This document shows, piece by piece, positions 7,107-17,437 of a stretch of 42,426 bases of DNA. This DNA comes from an uncultured Eubacteriales bacterium (GTDB lineage Bacteria; Bacillota; Clostridia; Oscillospirales; Acutalibacteraceae), in the NCBI GenBank assembly GCA_900318715.1, contig ONLO01000155.1, positions 1-42,426 of the forward strand, given 5' to 3'. The notes beneath the pieces were generated by a model, which saw only the letters and a list, made by a program, of their open reading frames with translations, was not told the DNA's origin and did no database searches. A program made the position numbers and the translations under genes. The stretch's first letter is position 1. Every line of letters starts with the position of its first letter.

Positions 7107-9161
7107 TTACTGAAACAGTCCGGGAATCAGGCCTCCGCCGCCGTTCCCGCCGTCGTCTTCTTCCTCGTCGTCGACATCCACGTTGCTCCGCTCATTGGAA
7201 ATGACCGGAGGATCCTTGGTGAAGTCCACCGAGCAGGAATAGATTTCCGTCAGTCCGGCATAGACCGAAACCGGGACGTTGCCGCCCTCGCCGCTGACCT
7301 GGACGGACATGGTGGAGCCGTCACAGTTCACATATTTGTCCAGAATGCATTCCGTGCCGAGGTAGACCCGGACATTCCGGCTGGCGCCGGTGTTCGGCAG
7401 AGTAAAGCTTACGGTGGCCGATGTCTTGACCGGAGAGCCGGAGCTGACGGTAATGTTGACCGCAGAGCCGTTCTTGACCTCAGTGCCGCCGGACGGTGTC
7501 TGGCCAATAATAATGCCCTTGGCCTCGTTCGAGTCCTCTTCGGTCACGCTGCCGATGCTGAGCCCGACCTGGTCCAGGATATTGATGACAGCATTTTTGT
7601 CACTGAGCCAGTTGAGCCCGGTGAGGTCCGGCACGCGTGAGCGGTTGCCGCTGTCACTGGTGGCAACATACAGGACCACGGTCTCGGCCACGGCCGCCTC
7701 TTCCCCTTCTTTGGGGTCGCTGCGGATGACCGTGCCGGGTTCGGCATTCTTGTCGTATTCTTCCTTGCGGTTAATCTTGGTAAAGCCGGCTTCCTTCAGC
7801 ATGCTCTCCGCCGTGGAGGCCGGGAGTCCGTAGATTTCCGGTATTTTCTCCGTGGCACCGGTGGATACGACTTCCAGGGAAATCTTGGCGCCGCGCTTGA
7901 CCTTTTCGCCGCCGGACGGGCTCTGCTTGCAGACTTCGCCCTCTTCGTACGTGCTGTTGGTAACGTAGGTCACGTCGAACTCAAAGTCGTCGGTGTACTT
8001 TTCGTTGTTTTCAATTTCTTTTTCATAGTCCATGCCGAGGAACTTCGGCACCTCAATCCGGTCCTTGCTGAGGACGTCGGTAAAAAGGCCGAGGAACAGA
8101 AGGATGAGCGCCAGCGCCACCAGAATGGCCACCACGGCGCCGACCACAATGGACTTGCCGTGGCCCCGGCGTTCGTCGTCCCCGTAGGTCTTACGGGACC
8201 CGGACGGACCCGCTCCGCTGCGGCCGCGCTGGTCGGACGGCACACTGGCGGAAATGCCGCCGGTGACTTCGTCCCGGCTGATGAACCGGGTCGGTTCCTT
8301 GTCCACATGGTACGTGTAGTCAAATTTGATGGACGGCGTGCGCTTGAGTTCGTCGAGGTCCAGCAGCATTTCCGCCGCGGACTGGTACCGGTTGCGGGTG
8401 TTCTTCTCCATGGCGTGCATGGTAATCTGCTCCAGGCCGACCGGAAGGTCCGGGTTGATCTGACGGGGCGGCGTGGCCTCGTTCTGGACCTGCATGAGCG
8501 CAACCGACACGGCGCTGTCCGACTCAAACGGCAGCTGTCCGGTAATCATTTCATAGAGCACGACGCCGACGGAGTAAATGTCCGCCTTGTCGTCCGTCAC
8601 TTCGCCGCGGGCCTGTTCCGGGCTGATGTAATGCACGGAGCCGATGGCAGCTTCCGTCATGGTCCGGGTCTCCCCGCGGGAGAAGCGCGCAATGCCGAAG
8701 TCCGTCACTTTAATGGTGCCGTTCTCCAGCAGCAGGATGTTCTGCGGCTTGATGTCCCGGTGAACAATGCCCTTGTCATGGGCGTGCTGAAGGGCCCGGA
8801 GGATCTGCGTGGCAAAGTGCACCGCTTCCTTCCAGTCAATGACCTTCTGCTGTTCAATATATTCCTTGAGGGTAATGCCCTCGACGTATTCCATGACAAT
8901 GTACTGGAGTTTGTCGCCCAGGCTGACGTCATAGACCTTGACAATATTCGGATGGGACAGGACCGCAATGGCCTTGGATTCGTTCTTGAATCTGCGCCGG
9001 AACTCCTCGTTGGCCAGGAACTCATCTTTCAGAATTTTGATGGAAACAATCCGGTCGTCAATGTTGTCATAGGCTTTGTAGACGACGGCCATGCCGCCGA
9101 CGCCGATGATTTCGCGGATTTCGTAGCGTCCGTCCAGACGTTTTCCCACATAATTATCCAT
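7107..9161 (-). CDS. prkC: Ser/Thr protein kinase with PASTA repeats (PrkC/PknB type)
   Basis: Kinase domain motifs are GVGGMAVVYKA, HRDIKPQNIL and DFGIA. It has a single TM (VVGAVVAILVALALILLFLGLF), three PASTA-like repeats and a C-terminal acidic/Gly tail. Confidence 0.9.
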   Translation of the reverse strand: MDNYVGKRLDGRYEIREIIGVGGMAVVYKAYDNIDDRIVSIKILKDEFLANEEFRRRFKNESKAIAVLSHPNIVKVYDVSLGDKLQYIVMEYVEGITLKEYIEQQKVIDWKEAVHFATQILRALQHAHDKGIVHRDIKPQNILLLENGTIKVTDFGIARFSRGETRTMTEAAIGSVHYISPEQARGEVTDDKADIYSVGVVLYEMITGQLPFESDSAVSVALMQVQNEATPPRQINPDLPVGLEQITMHAMEKNTRNRYQSAAEMLLDLDELKRTPSIKFDYTYHVDKEPTRFISRDEVTGGISASVPSDQRGRSGAGPSGSRKTYGDDERRGHGKSIVVGAVVAILVALALILLFLGLFTDVLSKDRIEVPKFLGMDYEKEIENNEKYTDDFEFDVTYVTNSTYEEGEVCKQSPSGGEKVKRGAKISLEVVSTGATEKIPEIYGLPASTAESMLKEAGFTKINRKEEYDKNAEPGTVIRSDPKEGEEAAVAETVVLYVATSDSGNRSRVPDLTGLNWLSDKNAVINILDQVGLSIGSVTEEDSNEAKGIIIGQTPSGGTEVKNGSAVNITVSSGSPVKTSATVSFTLPNTGASRNVRVYLGTECILDKYVNCDGSTMSVQVSGEGGNVPVSVYAGLTEIYSCSVDFTKDPPVISNERSNVDVDDEEEDDGGNGGGGLIPGLFQ

Positions 9162-9188
9162 GATTCTTCTCCTTACCGGTACAATGGG

Positions 9189-9917
9189 TTACTCCGAAAT
9201 GCCGACCACGGTAATGTTGTCACCGCCGCCGTTTTCGTTGGCCAGGTCGACGAGCAGACTGGCGTAGTCGGCCCCGAAGTTGTCCCGAACAATCTGAAGG
9301 ATGGATGCGTCTTCCACGTAGTTGGACAGCCCGTCCGTGGCGAGCAGCAGTACGCTCTGGGAGTCCGTGTTCTCTTCCGTGAAGTCGACTTTCAGCTCTT
9401 CCTCCACACCCAGCGCCCGGGTAATCAGATTGCGTTTCGGATGCTTCATGGCTTCTTCTTCGGTAATTTCCCCGTTCTCCAGCATGGTCTGCACAATGGA
9501 GTGGTCCCGGGTCAGCCGCTGAATGCCGTCCTGCGTGACCAGGTAGGCCCGGCTGTCCCCGGCGTGCGCCACATAGACGGTGTTGTCCGTCATGAGCGCC
9601 GCCACGACCGTGGTCCCCATTCCCTGCAGTTCCTCGGATTCCTTGGCTGCGTCAAAGATTTCGTAATTCGCGTTTTTTATGGCGGTCACCAAAAGGTTTT
9701 TAATGGAGGACGACTCCATGTTCTCACGGTAGGCCGCCGTAATCCGTTCGGAAATGTACTTGACCGCCGTGGAGCTGGCAATGTTGCCGCCGGCGTATCC
9801 TCCCATGCCGTCACAGACCACAGCCCAGGCCACGCCGTTCCGGAATTCTCCGGCGGCGTACGAGTCCTGGTTGGAAGAGCGGACCCTTCCAACGTCTGTT
9901 TTTGCAATGATCCTCAT
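9189..9917 (-). CDS. prpC: PP2C-family Ser/Thr phosphatase (Stp/PrpC)
   Basis: MRIIAKTDVGRVRSSNQDSY...VCDGMGG...LLATDGL. ATG 9917 overlaps the rlmN stop (ATGA). The first 17 codons of the track ORF are an over-extension. Confidence 0.9.
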   Translation of the reverse strand: MRIIAKTDVGRVRSSNQDSYAAGEFRNGVAWAVVCDGMGGYAGGNIASSTAVKYISERITAAYRENMESSSIKNLLVTAIKNANYEIFDAAKESEELQGMGTTVVAALMTDNTVYVAHAGDSRAYLVTQDGIQRLTRDHSIVQTMLENGEITEEEAMKHPKRNLITRALGVEEELKVDFTEENTDSQSVLLLATDGLSNYVEDASILQIVRDNFGADYASLLVDLANENGGGDNITVVGISE

Positions 9918-10966
9918 ACCGGTTCCCCTTTGTTGTTTGCTTGATGGCTCCGGCGGAGCTGGCCGCACGAAGCGTTGATATCCGGACCCAGGGTCCGGCG
10001 GATGGTTGTGGTAATGCCGCGGCGGTCCAGGATGGCGGAAAACGCACGCAGGCGGTCGTCCGTGCTGCGCTGATAGTCGTTCTCCCGCACCTCATTGGCC
10101 GGAATCAGGTTGACGTGGCACAGCATGCCTTTCAGCCGCTGCGCCAGTTCCTCGGCACAGGCATCCGTGTCGTTGACGCCGCGGATCATGGCGTACTCAA
10201 ACGAAATGCGGCGGCTGGTGGCCTCCGTGTAGTCTTTGCAGGCGGCCAGCAGCTCCTCTATGGGCCATTTCCGGCTGACCGGCATAATCTGCCGGCGGAT
10301 GTCGTCGTTCGGCGCGTGCAGAGACACGGACAGTGTGAACTGCGGATGCAGTTCCATTAAGTCGTAGATGCGCGGCACAATGCCGCAGGTGGAGACCGAA
10401 ATGTGACGGGCACCCATGTTCATGCCGTTCGCATCGGTCAGAAGCTCCAGAAAGCGGAGCACATTGTCGTAGTTCTGGAGCGGCTCCCCCATGCCCATGA
10501 GGACGCAGTGGGATATGCGCTCCCCGCAGTCCCGGGCCGCCGTATAAATTTCGGCCAGCATTTCGGAGGGTCGCAGGTTGCGGACACATCCGCCGATGGT
10601 GGACGCACAGAACGTGCAGCCCATGTTGCAGCCTATTTGCGTGGAGACGCAGATGGAGTACCCGTATTTGTACTTCATCAGGACGCACTCAATGATTTCG
10701 CCGTCGTCCAGTTTGTAGAGGTACTTGATGGTCCCGTCCACGGCGGATTCCAGCTTTTTCACAATGGTGCAGTTCGGCAGTTCAAACCGCTCGTTCAGGG
10801 TTTCCCGCAGGTCCTTTCCCAGGTTGGTCATTTCGTCGAACGATGCGGCGTATTTCTGGTGCAGCCAGGAATAGATCTGTCCGGCGCGGAACTTCGGGAG
10901 TCCCATGGCGGCGGTCTCCTCCTGCAGTTCCGGCAGGGTCAGGGACCGGATGTCAATCTTGTCCAT
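9914..10966 (-). CDS. rlmN: 23S rRNA/tRNA (adenine-C2)-methyltransferase, radical SAM
   Basis: Has the CNMGCTFC radical-SAM motif and GMGEPL. ATG 10966 (MDKIDIRSL) lies 1 nt after the rsmB stop. The track start at 11101 runs into rsmB. Confidence 0.9.
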   Translation of the reverse strand: MDKIDIRSLTLPELQEETAAMGLPKFRAGQIYSWLHQKYAASFDEMTNLGKDLRETLNERFELPNCTIVKKLESAVDGTIKYLYKLDDGEIIECVLMKYKYGYSICVSTQIGCNMGCTFCASTIGGCVRNLRPSEMLAEIYTAARDCGERISHCVLMGMGEPLQNYDNVLRFLELLTDANGMNMGARHISVSTCGIVPRIYDLMELHPQFTLSVSLHAPNDDIRRQIMPVSRKWPIEELLAACKDYTEATSRRISFEYAMIRGVNDTDACAEELAQRLKGMLCHVNLIPANEVRENDYQRSTDDRLRAFSAILDRRGITTTIRRTLGPDINASCGQLRRSHQANNKGEPV

Positions 10967-10967
10967 G

Positions 10968-12281
10968 TCAAGCACCTGTCTCTTTCCGAAAGACCGCAAT
11001 GAAGAATCCGTCACAGTGGTGGACGTGCGGCAGAAGCGTTTCCATAGAGCAGAGTTTTGCCTCCGGAAGAGTCTCCGAAAGCCGCTTGCAAACCTGCTCA
11101 TTTTCCGCCGGATTCAGGGAGCAAGTGGAGTAAACGAGGGTCCCTCCCGGCTTCAGATAACGCATAGAATTATACAATATATGGTACTGTAACTCCGGTA
11201 GAATGTCAATGGATTGGGCTTCCTTATACCGGATTTCGGGCTTCCGCGAAAGGACTCCGAGACCGGAACAAGGTACATCGCAAAGGATGCGGTCCGCAGG
11301 GGCCAGAGACGGGTCAAACTCCTCGGCATTGCCGGTGCGGGCTTCCACAATGGAAAGGCCGAGACGCGCCGCTCCCGCCGCAATGAGACCCACGCGCTGC
11401 GGGTAGAGGTCGAAGGCGCAGACGGTCCCCTCATTCCCCATCCGCTCGGCGAGGGTAAAGGTTTTGCCGCCCGGTGCCGCACAGAGATCATAGACCGTGT
11501 CACCCGGCTGCGGGTCCAGACGGGCACAGCACAGCTGCGATGCGGCATCCTGCACATGGCAGAGCCCTTCGGCAAACGACGGCAGTTCGGTGAGGTCCTC
11601 CGCCCCGGTCAGGATCAGGGCATCCGGCACCAGTTCGTGCGGAACGGCGGCAATGCCCTCCTCCTTCAGGCGTTCGGTCAGCTCTTCCACGGTCGTTTTG
11701 ACCGTGTTGACCCGGACCACCAGATCCGGTGCGCCGAGGGACGCTTCCAGAATGCCGTCGGCGTTTTCTTCCCCGTACGCCTCCGTGAAGAGCGTCACGA
11801 GCCATGCCGGGCACGACCAGCGGACACTGCGGTACTGCAGCGGGTCCGCGTCTTTGTCAGGAAGCTGTAATCCGTGTTCCGCCACGCGATGCAGCACGGC
11901 ATTGACCAGGGACGCCGCAAACGCGGCGCCGTTTTTCTTGACCAGCTTGACGCTCTCATTAATGGCCGCATGATCCGGCACGCGCTCCATAAAGAGGAGC
12001 TGGTAGGCCCCGAGGAGCAGGGCCGTATACGCCTTCGGGTTCAGCTTCTTCAGCGGCTGTTTGAGGTAGAGCGACAGGTTGTAGTCAAGCGTCAGACGGC
12101 GCTCGGTGACCCCGTAGACCAGGGCCGTAAAAAAAGCCTTGTCGGCGCCCTTCAGGGAATGGTCCCGAAGAGCACCGGCAACTGCAATATTGGAATACGA
12201 TTTGTCCGTCAGGATCTTAAGGACGACGGAAAACGCCCTTGCGCGGGCGTTTCCGGTCTGAACTTCCGTACGAGGTTCCAA
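10968..12281 (-). CDS. rsmB: 16S rRNA (cytosine967-C5)-methyltransferase
   Basis: NusB-like N-domain followed by DLCAAPGGKT, DVPCSGLG and YSTCS. TTG start at 12281 with AAGGAG 7 nt upstream. Confidence 0.9.
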   Translation of the reverse strand: MEPRTEVQTGNARARAFSVVLKILTDKSYSNIAVAGALRDHSLKGADKAFFTALVYGVTERRLTLDYNLSLYLKQPLKKLNPKAYTALLLGAYQLLFMERVPDHAAINESVKLVKKNGAAFAASLVNAVLHRVAEHGLQLPDKDADPLQYRSVRWSCPAWLVTLFTEAYGEENADGILEASLGAPDLVVRVNTVKTTVEELTERLKEEGIAAVPHELVPDALILTGAEDLTELPSFAEGLCHVQDAASQLCCARLDPQPGDTVYDLCAAPGGKTFTLAERMGNEGTVCAFDLYPQRVGLIAAGAARLGLSIVEARTGNAEEFDPSLAPADRILCDVPCSGLGVLSRKPEIRYKEAQSIDILPELQYHILYNSMRYLKPGGTLVYSTCSLNPAENEQVCKRLSETLPEAKLCSMETLLPHVHHCDGFFIAVFRKETGA

Positions 12282-12293
12282 TAGGATTCTCCT

Positions 12294-13010
12294 TTAGTTG
12301 CTCCGGCGGCTGTTCCCGAGGAAGATGACCGCGAAACGAAGCAGGTTGGCAAGGGCCGTGGCGGCTGCCACAACATACGTCATGGCGGCGGCCGACAGGA
12401 CCGAACGGGCGCCGTGCTGTTCATTGGCCGTCAGCATGCCGGTTTCCCGGATGACTTTCAGCGCACGGTGGCTGGCGTCGAGTTCGACCGGCAGCGTAAT
12501 GAGCTGGAACAGGGTAATAAAGGCATACAGCAGCAGGCCGATGTAGACCAGGTTCACCGTATTCAGGATGACACCGAGGATGGCAATGGGAATGCCCATG
12601 GCCGAGCCGATGTTGCAGACCGGAATGACGGCGTTGCGCAGTTTGATGGGCACATAACCCTGTGCGTGCTGCGCCGCATGGCCGGCCTCATGGCAGGCCA
12701 CGCCAATGGCCGCAATGGAACTGTGGCCGAAGGTGCTGTCCGACAAACTGATGATTTTGGTCTTTGGGTTGAAGTTGTCCGTCAGTTCGCCTTCAATGTG
12801 CTGGATCTGCACATCCGTAATGCCGTAGTACTGAAGGACTTTGGCCACGGCCTGCTCCGCCGTCATGCGGTTCGTGCTCTCCACACCGTCGAACTTGCGG
12901 TAGGTGGAGCGGACCCGGGCGGATGCAATCATGGAGACCGCAAAGCACACCAGGACCAGAATGTAGGTCCACATGTACACGGAACCGGTGTTGAAATCGC
13001 CGATCATCAT
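12294..13010 (-). CDS. Membrane zinc metallopeptidase (Zn_peptidase_2 / YpfJ-like family)
   Basis: Has the HEAGHAAQH motif and several TM segments. It occupies a position between fmt and rsmB that I recall as common in clostridial genomes (from memory). Confidence 0.8.
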   Translation of the reverse strand: MMIGDFNTGSVYMWTYILVLVCFAVSMIASARVRSTYRKFDGVESTNRMTAEQAVAKVLQYYGITDVQIQHIEGELTDNFNPKTKIISLSDSTFGHSSIAAIGVACHEAGHAAQHAQGYVPIKLRNAVIPVCNIGSAMGIPIAILGVILNTVNLVYIGLLLYAFITLFQLITLPVELDASHRALKVIRETGMLTANEQHGARSVLSAAAMTYVVAAATALANLLRFAVIFLGNSRRSN

Positions 13011-13031
13011 AGTGTTGACACTCCTTTCAGT

Positions 13032-13976
13032 TTAAAAGGAAAAGCAAGTTCCGGCCTCAGGCCGGTGACCTCTGAGATAATCCGCCGCCGTCATGCGGCG
13101 GGAGCCGAGCGGCTGGACTTCCAGCAGCTCAAGGTAAGCGCCGTCGCCGCAGCAGACGAACAGACGGTCTTTGGCGGCGGTCAGCTGTCCCGGAACGGCG
13201 CCGGCCGGCGCCTCTGTGGGTTTGTCCGCCTTCCTGGTGGCGTGGATCTTGAACGGTTTCCCGTCCAGTTCGGTGGACGCCGTCGGCCACGGACTGAGTC
13301 CGCGGACCTGGTTGTGGATGTCTCCGGCGGGACGGTTCCAGTCAATGGGCGAATCCGCCTTAGAGAGCATGCCGGCATAGGTCATGTCGGCGTCGTTCTG
13401 CTTGACGGGGTTCAGTTTCCCCTGTTCCAGGAGAACCAGGGTCTCCGAGAGCACGTCTCCGCCGAGAACGGCCAGGCGGTCGAACAGCTCGCCGGCGGTC
13501 TCGTCCTCCCCAATGGGAATGGACTTCGACACGAGCATGTCCCCGGTATCCAGCCCTTCGTCCATCTGCATGGTGGTGACACCGGTCTCGGTGCAGCCGT
13601 CCAGAATGCAGTGGTTAATGGGCGCGGCGCCGCGGTATTTCGGAAGCAGGGACGCATGCACGTTGATGCATCCGTACTTTGGGAACTCCAGGACGTCCTT
13701 GCGCAGCAGCATGCCGTACGCCGCCACAACAATGAGGTCCGGTGCAAACTCCTGCAGGTACGGGATGGCCGCCCCGTTCTTCAGGGTCTTCAGCTGAACG
13801 ACCGGAATGCCGTGCTCCATGGCACAGACTTTGACCGGCGGCGGGGTCAGGGTCATGTGGCGTCCCTTCGGCTTATCTTCCTGTGTGAAGACGCCGGTCA
13901 CCTCGTGGCCGTCGGCAATGAGCCGTTCCAGCGCCGCCACGGCAAAGTCCGGTGTCCCCATAAAAACAATTTTCAT
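13032..13976 (-). CDS. fmt: Methionyl-tRNA formyltransferase
   Basis: MKIVFMGTPDFAV...HASLLPKYRGAAPI. Confidence 0.92.
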   Translation of the reverse strand: MKIVFMGTPDFAVAALERLIADGHEVTGVFTQEDKPKGRHMTLTPPPVKVCAMEHGIPVVQLKTLKNGAAIPYLQEFAPDLIVVAAYGMLLRKDVLEFPKYGCINVHASLLPKYRGAAPINHCILDGCTETGVTTMQMDEGLDTGDMLVSKSIPIGEDETAGELFDRLAVLGGDVLSETLVLLEQGKLNPVKQNDADMTYAGMLSKADSPIDWNRPAGDIHNQVRGLSPWPTASTELDGKPFKIHATRKADKPTEAPAGAVPGQLTAAKDRLFVCCGDGAYLELLEVQPLGSRRMTAADYLRGHRPEAGTCFSF

Positions 13977-13987
13977 GCAGCCGCCCC

Positions 13988-14533
13988 TTATTTCACCTTG
14001 ATTGCGTCCGGCGCCACTTCCACGTTGTCCTCGGACTCCGCCATACGCGCCTTCATCTGCCGTTCCTGGTCCTTGTCGGACTTCGGATTCGGGTTCAGGT
14101 GTTCCAGAAACAGGTGGCCGTCCAGGTGGTCAATTTCGTGGCAGAAGCAGACGGCTCGGCGGCCCTCCTCTTCATACGTGTGCCACTCCCCGTGACGGTC
14201 CTGCGCCTTCACCGTGACCTTGGCCGGTCGGATGGTCTCATAGTATTCGCCGGGAACGGAGAGGCAGCCCTCCACGTCCACCAGTTCGCCTTCGGACGCA
14301 ATGATTTCCGGGTTGATGAGTTCCACAATTCCGCTGCCGTCCTGCAGATCAATGACAATGGCGCGGCGGAGGACGGCAACCTGCACGGCGGCAAGGCCGA
14401 CGCCGTCAGCGTCATACATGGTTTCCGCCATGTCGTCCAGAAGCTGGCCGAGGCGGTCGTCGAACTTCGTGACCGGACGGCTCTGCTTGTAAAGCATGGG
14501 GTCTTTTTTGGTTATGATATTACGGATTGCCAT
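13988..14533 (-). CDS. def: Peptide deformylase
   Basis: Has motifs GLAAVQV, EGCLSVPG and HEIDHLDG. It carries a C-terminal charged tail of about 35 aa. Confidence 0.92.
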   Translation of the reverse strand: MAIRNIITKKDPMLYKQSRPVTKFDDRLGQLLDDMAETMYDADGVGLAAVQVAVLRRAIVIDLQDGSGIVELINPEIIASEGELVDVEGCLSVPGEYYETIRPAKVTVKAQDRHGEWHTYEEEGRRAVCFCHEIDHLDGHLFLEHLNPNPKSDKDQERQMKARMAESEDNVEVAPDAIKVK

Positions 14534-14608
14534 AAGAATAATGACCTTTCTAGTGCTGTCTATGGGAATAGTATTGCAATAACTTAAAAAACAACTTAAA
14601 ACGAAGGG

Positions 14609-17083
14609 TTACCGTTCCGGCTTGACTACAACGGAAATTCCGGCGTTTTCCCGGCTCTTGCCGAAGTCCCGCAGGAGGTCCGCCATCATGTTCCGAAACC
14701 GCGAGTTGTTGTGGCATTTCAGGACCAGACGGAACCGGTACTGGCCGCTGACCTTGAACACCCGTTCGGGCATGGGGCCGAGGACAATGACCTTGACGCC
14801 GTTGTGCTCCCCTTCGGACGCCGTCTGTTTCAGGAGTTCCATGAAGCGGACGGACGCCTTCCGGACCCGTTCCGGGTCCGTGCCGCGGAACCGCACGCTG
14901 AAGAGCGAGCAGTACGGCGGGTAGGTCAGCATTTTCCGCAGGGTAATTTCCCGGCGGTAAAAGGACTCATAGTCCTGGTTGGACGCAAACCGGATGACGT
15001 CGTTTTCCGGGTTGATGGTCTGGATAATGGCCTGTCCGGGGAACCGTCCCCGTCCGGACCGTCCGACGACCTGGGTCAGGAGGTCAAAGGTGCGCTCCAT
15101 GCTCTTGTAGTCGTCGTTGTAGAGCTCCCGGTCCGCCGAGAGCACCCCGACCAGTGTGACGTTTTCAAAGTCGAGCCCCTTGGCCACCATCTGGGTGCCG
15201 AGCAGGATGTCGGCCTCCCCCTTCCGGAACGCCGCCAGCTTCTCGTCGTAGGCGTACTTGTGCATGGTGGAGTCCGCGTCCATCCGGAGGATCCGGGCTT
15301 CCGGGAACAGCTGGCCGAGCTCTTCCTCCACTTTCTGGGTCCCGAGTCCGGAGTACCGGACATCCTCCGCCCCGCATTCACTGCAGTGCCGTGTGAACGG
15401 CACGGAGTAGCCGCAGTAGTGGCACATGAGCCGGTTGTTGGCCCGGTGGTAGGTCAGGGAAATGCTGCACTGCGGACAGGTCACCACCGCGCCGCAGGCG
15501 TTGCAGGCCGCGTAGGTGTTGTATCCGCGGCGGTTCATCAGCAGGATGGACTGGTGTCCGTTCTGCAGGTTCTCGGTCAGGGACTGCAGGAGCCGGCGCC
15601 CGAGGATGGTCCGGGTTCCGGCGGAGCCCTCTTCCCGCATATCGGTCACTATGACCTCCGGCAGGTTGGCCTCGCCGTACCGCTCCGAAAGCCGGTAGAA
15701 GGCGTACTGACCGGCTTCGGCCAGTGCGTAGCTCTCCAATGACGGCGTGGCGGACGCCAGCAGCAGAAGCGCCTGGTCTTCCGTGCACCGGAACCGGGCA
15801 ATGTCCCTGGCGTGGTACCGGGGCGTCATGTCCGACTGGTAGGTCTCCTCCTGCTCCTCGTCCATAATGACGAGGCCCAGGCGCTCAAACGGTGCGAAGA
15901 CCGCGGAACGGGTCCCGACGGCAATCCGGGCGTCGCCGTTTTTGACGCGTTTCCACTCGTCCAGCCGCTCACCGGCGGACAGGGCGCTGTGGAAGACCGC
16001 CACCTTCTCCCCGTACCGGGCGTAGAAGAGCTTCAGCGTCTGCGGGGTCAGGGAAATTTCCGGGACCATGACAATGACGCCGCGCCCCGTCGGGAGCACC
16101 TCGTCAATGAGCCGCAGGTAGACCTGGGTCTTGCCGCTGCCGGTCACGCCGAACAGGAGCGCGGTCTTACCGCCCTCCCGCAGGTCCGCCGACAGCCCGT
16201 CGAAGGCCGCCTGCTGTTCGGGTGTCAGATCTATGGGGTCCGTATCCGTCTGTTTCAAGTCATAGGGTCTGCGGAACGTTTCCTTTTCGTAGAACGTCAC
16301 AAGGCCCTTCTTTTCCAGGTTTTTAATGACCGCTTCGGTCACGCCGGTGAAGTAACACAGCTCCTTGACCGAGCAGGTGCCAATGCGCAGGAGTTCCGTC
16401 AGGACAGCATCCTGCTTGGGCGTCCATTTGTCCGCCAGTTCCTCCAACGCCTCTTCGGTGTCCAGGCCGTCGGCCATGCGCACCATACGGATGGTGGCGT
16501 CCCCGACCGGCCGGTCTGCGCCGACTTCCCGCAAAAGGAGGCCGTCCTTGGCCATCCGGTCCGGAAGGTCCGACTCGGCGGAGAGGCCGAAGTCCGTCAG
16601 CAGGACCTGCTTTTTCACGGCACCCTTGCGGGCCCGCAGGTACTGCAGGATCTGTCCTTCCAGGGAATCCGCATCCGGCTCCCCGGCGGCGTTCTCCGGC
16701 GGGGTCTCCGGCACACGGAAATACACATTGGTCTTGCGGTTGATGCCGGCCGGCACCATGGTCTTGACGGCATCAAAAAGAGTACAGAAGGTATGCGCCT
16801 TCATGTACTCTGCCAGTTTCATCATATGCGGATCCGCCAGCGGCTCCGCATCCAGAACCGCAGCAATCTCTTTATAAGACGTGCTGCATTCGGGTTCCGG
16901 TGCTCTGTGCAGAGACCAGACGATGCCTTGACGCACCTGTCCGCCCCGGCCGAACGGAACCAGAACGCGGCAGCCGGGAAGCAGCGAGGTCTCGTATGCG
17001 GCAGGGACCACATAGTCGTACAGCTTATCAAAATGGAACGATGCATTCTGTACGGAAATTCCTGCCAGCAGCGGATTGCTCAT
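14609..17083 (-). CDS. priA: Primosomal replication protein N' (PriA helicase)
   Basis: Has Walker A GVTGSGKT, the IMDEEQE box and the Cys-rich Zn-binding insert CNACGAVVTCPQCSISLTYHRANNRLMCHYCGY...CSECG. Confidence 0.92.
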   Translation of the reverse strand: MSNPLLAGISVQNASFHFDKLYDYVVPAAYETSLLPGCRVLVPFGRGGQVRQGIVWSLHRAPEPECSTSYKEIAAVLDAEPLADPHMMKLAEYMKAHTFCTLFDAVKTMVPAGINRKTNVYFRVPETPPENAAGEPDADSLEGQILQYLRARKGAVKKQVLLTDFGLSAESDLPDRMAKDGLLLREVGADRPVGDATIRMVRMADGLDTEEALEELADKWTPKQDAVLTELLRIGTCSVKELCYFTGVTEAVIKNLEKKGLVTFYEKETFRRPYDLKQTDTDPIDLTPEQQAAFDGLSADLREGGKTALLFGVTGSGKTQVYLRLIDEVLPTGRGVIVMVPEISLTPQTLKLFYARYGEKVAVFHSALSAGERLDEWKRVKNGDARIAVGTRSAVFAPFERLGLVIMDEEQEETYQSDMTPRYHARDIARFRCTEDQALLLLASATPSLESYALAEAGQYAFYRLSERYGEANLPEVIVTDMREEGSAGTRTILGRRLLQSLTENLQNGHQSILLMNRRGYNTYAACNACGAVVTCPQCSISLTYHRANNRLMCHYCGYSVPFTRHCSECGAEDVRYSGLGTQKVEEELGQLFPEARILRMDADSTMHKYAYDEKLAAFRKGEADILLGTQMVAKGLDFENVTLVGVLSADRELYNDDYKSMERTFDLLTQVVGRSGRGRFPGQAIIQTINPENDVIRFASNQDYESFYRREITLRKMLTYPPYCSLFSVRFRGTDPERVRKASVRFMELLKQTASEGEHNGVKVIVLGPMPERVFKVSGQYRFRLVLKCHNNSRFRNMMADLLRDFGKSRENAGISVVVKPER

Positions 17084-17116
17084 GGTTCCTCTCCCAACTG
17101 CCCCGGAAAACCAAAA

Positions 17117-17368
17117 TCAGAGATTCTTGATTTCGTCCGGAACGATGATTTTGTAGTCGCCTTCCATAATCTTGTTCAGGGCAAGCGACACCGGTTTCTG
17201 TGTGGAAACATCTTCGGCGCCTTCCCGCTCGTTAATGGCGTCGTCCACCATTTCGCGGGCAAGCTTTGCGGTTGCGGAAACCAGAGAGTACCGGCTGATG
17301 CGGCCCTCTCCCGGGTTGCCTTCGAGAATCTTTTCCAGATCCGGGTTGAAATTGCTGTTATCTGCCAT
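17117..17368 (-). CDS. rpoZ: DNA-directed RNA polymerase subunit omega
   Basis: 83 aa with the RYSLVSATAKLAREM core, in the conserved gmk-rpoZ position. Confidence 0.85.
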   Translation of the reverse strand: MADNSNFNPDLEKILEGNPGEGRISRYSLVSATAKLAREMVDDAINEREGAEDVSTQKPVSLALNKIMEGDYKIIVPDEIKNL

Positions 17369-17403
17369 AGTTTAAATCCTCTTTTCGTGAACTTCGAATT
17401 GCT

Positions 17404-17432
17404 ATTTTAATACAGGGCAAAGTCTTTGACAA
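17404..17432 (-). promoter_or_regulatory. Candidate internal promoter upstream of rpoZ (TTGTCA, 17 nt spacer, TAAAAT)
   Basis: Minus strand reads TTGTCAaagactttgccctgtatTAAAAT, in the gmk-rpoZ gap. Confidence 0.4.
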
Positions 17433-17437
17433 GGCCT

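Noticed and set aside
8160-9944. Very long +-strand ORFs of 390 to 594 aa: 5015..6196, 6315..7640, 8160..9944, 12414..14195, 15812..17410, 25320..26858, 28992..30776 and 31401..32945.
   Set aside because: Each lies entirely antisense to minus-strand genes with unmistakable family signatures (prkC, fmt/def, priA, the kinase, cdaR/cdaA and so on). Their translations are Arg/Gly/Ala/Val-rich low-information sequence with no recognisable motifs. They lack RBSs. Stop-free antisense frames of this kind are expected in GC-rich coding DNA.
13988-14095. C-terminal charged extension of about 35 aa on peptide deformylase.
   Set aside because: Def C-termini vary in length across bacteria. The extension is low-complexity, and nothing in the DNA such as a repeat or frameshift suggests anything beyond normal variation.
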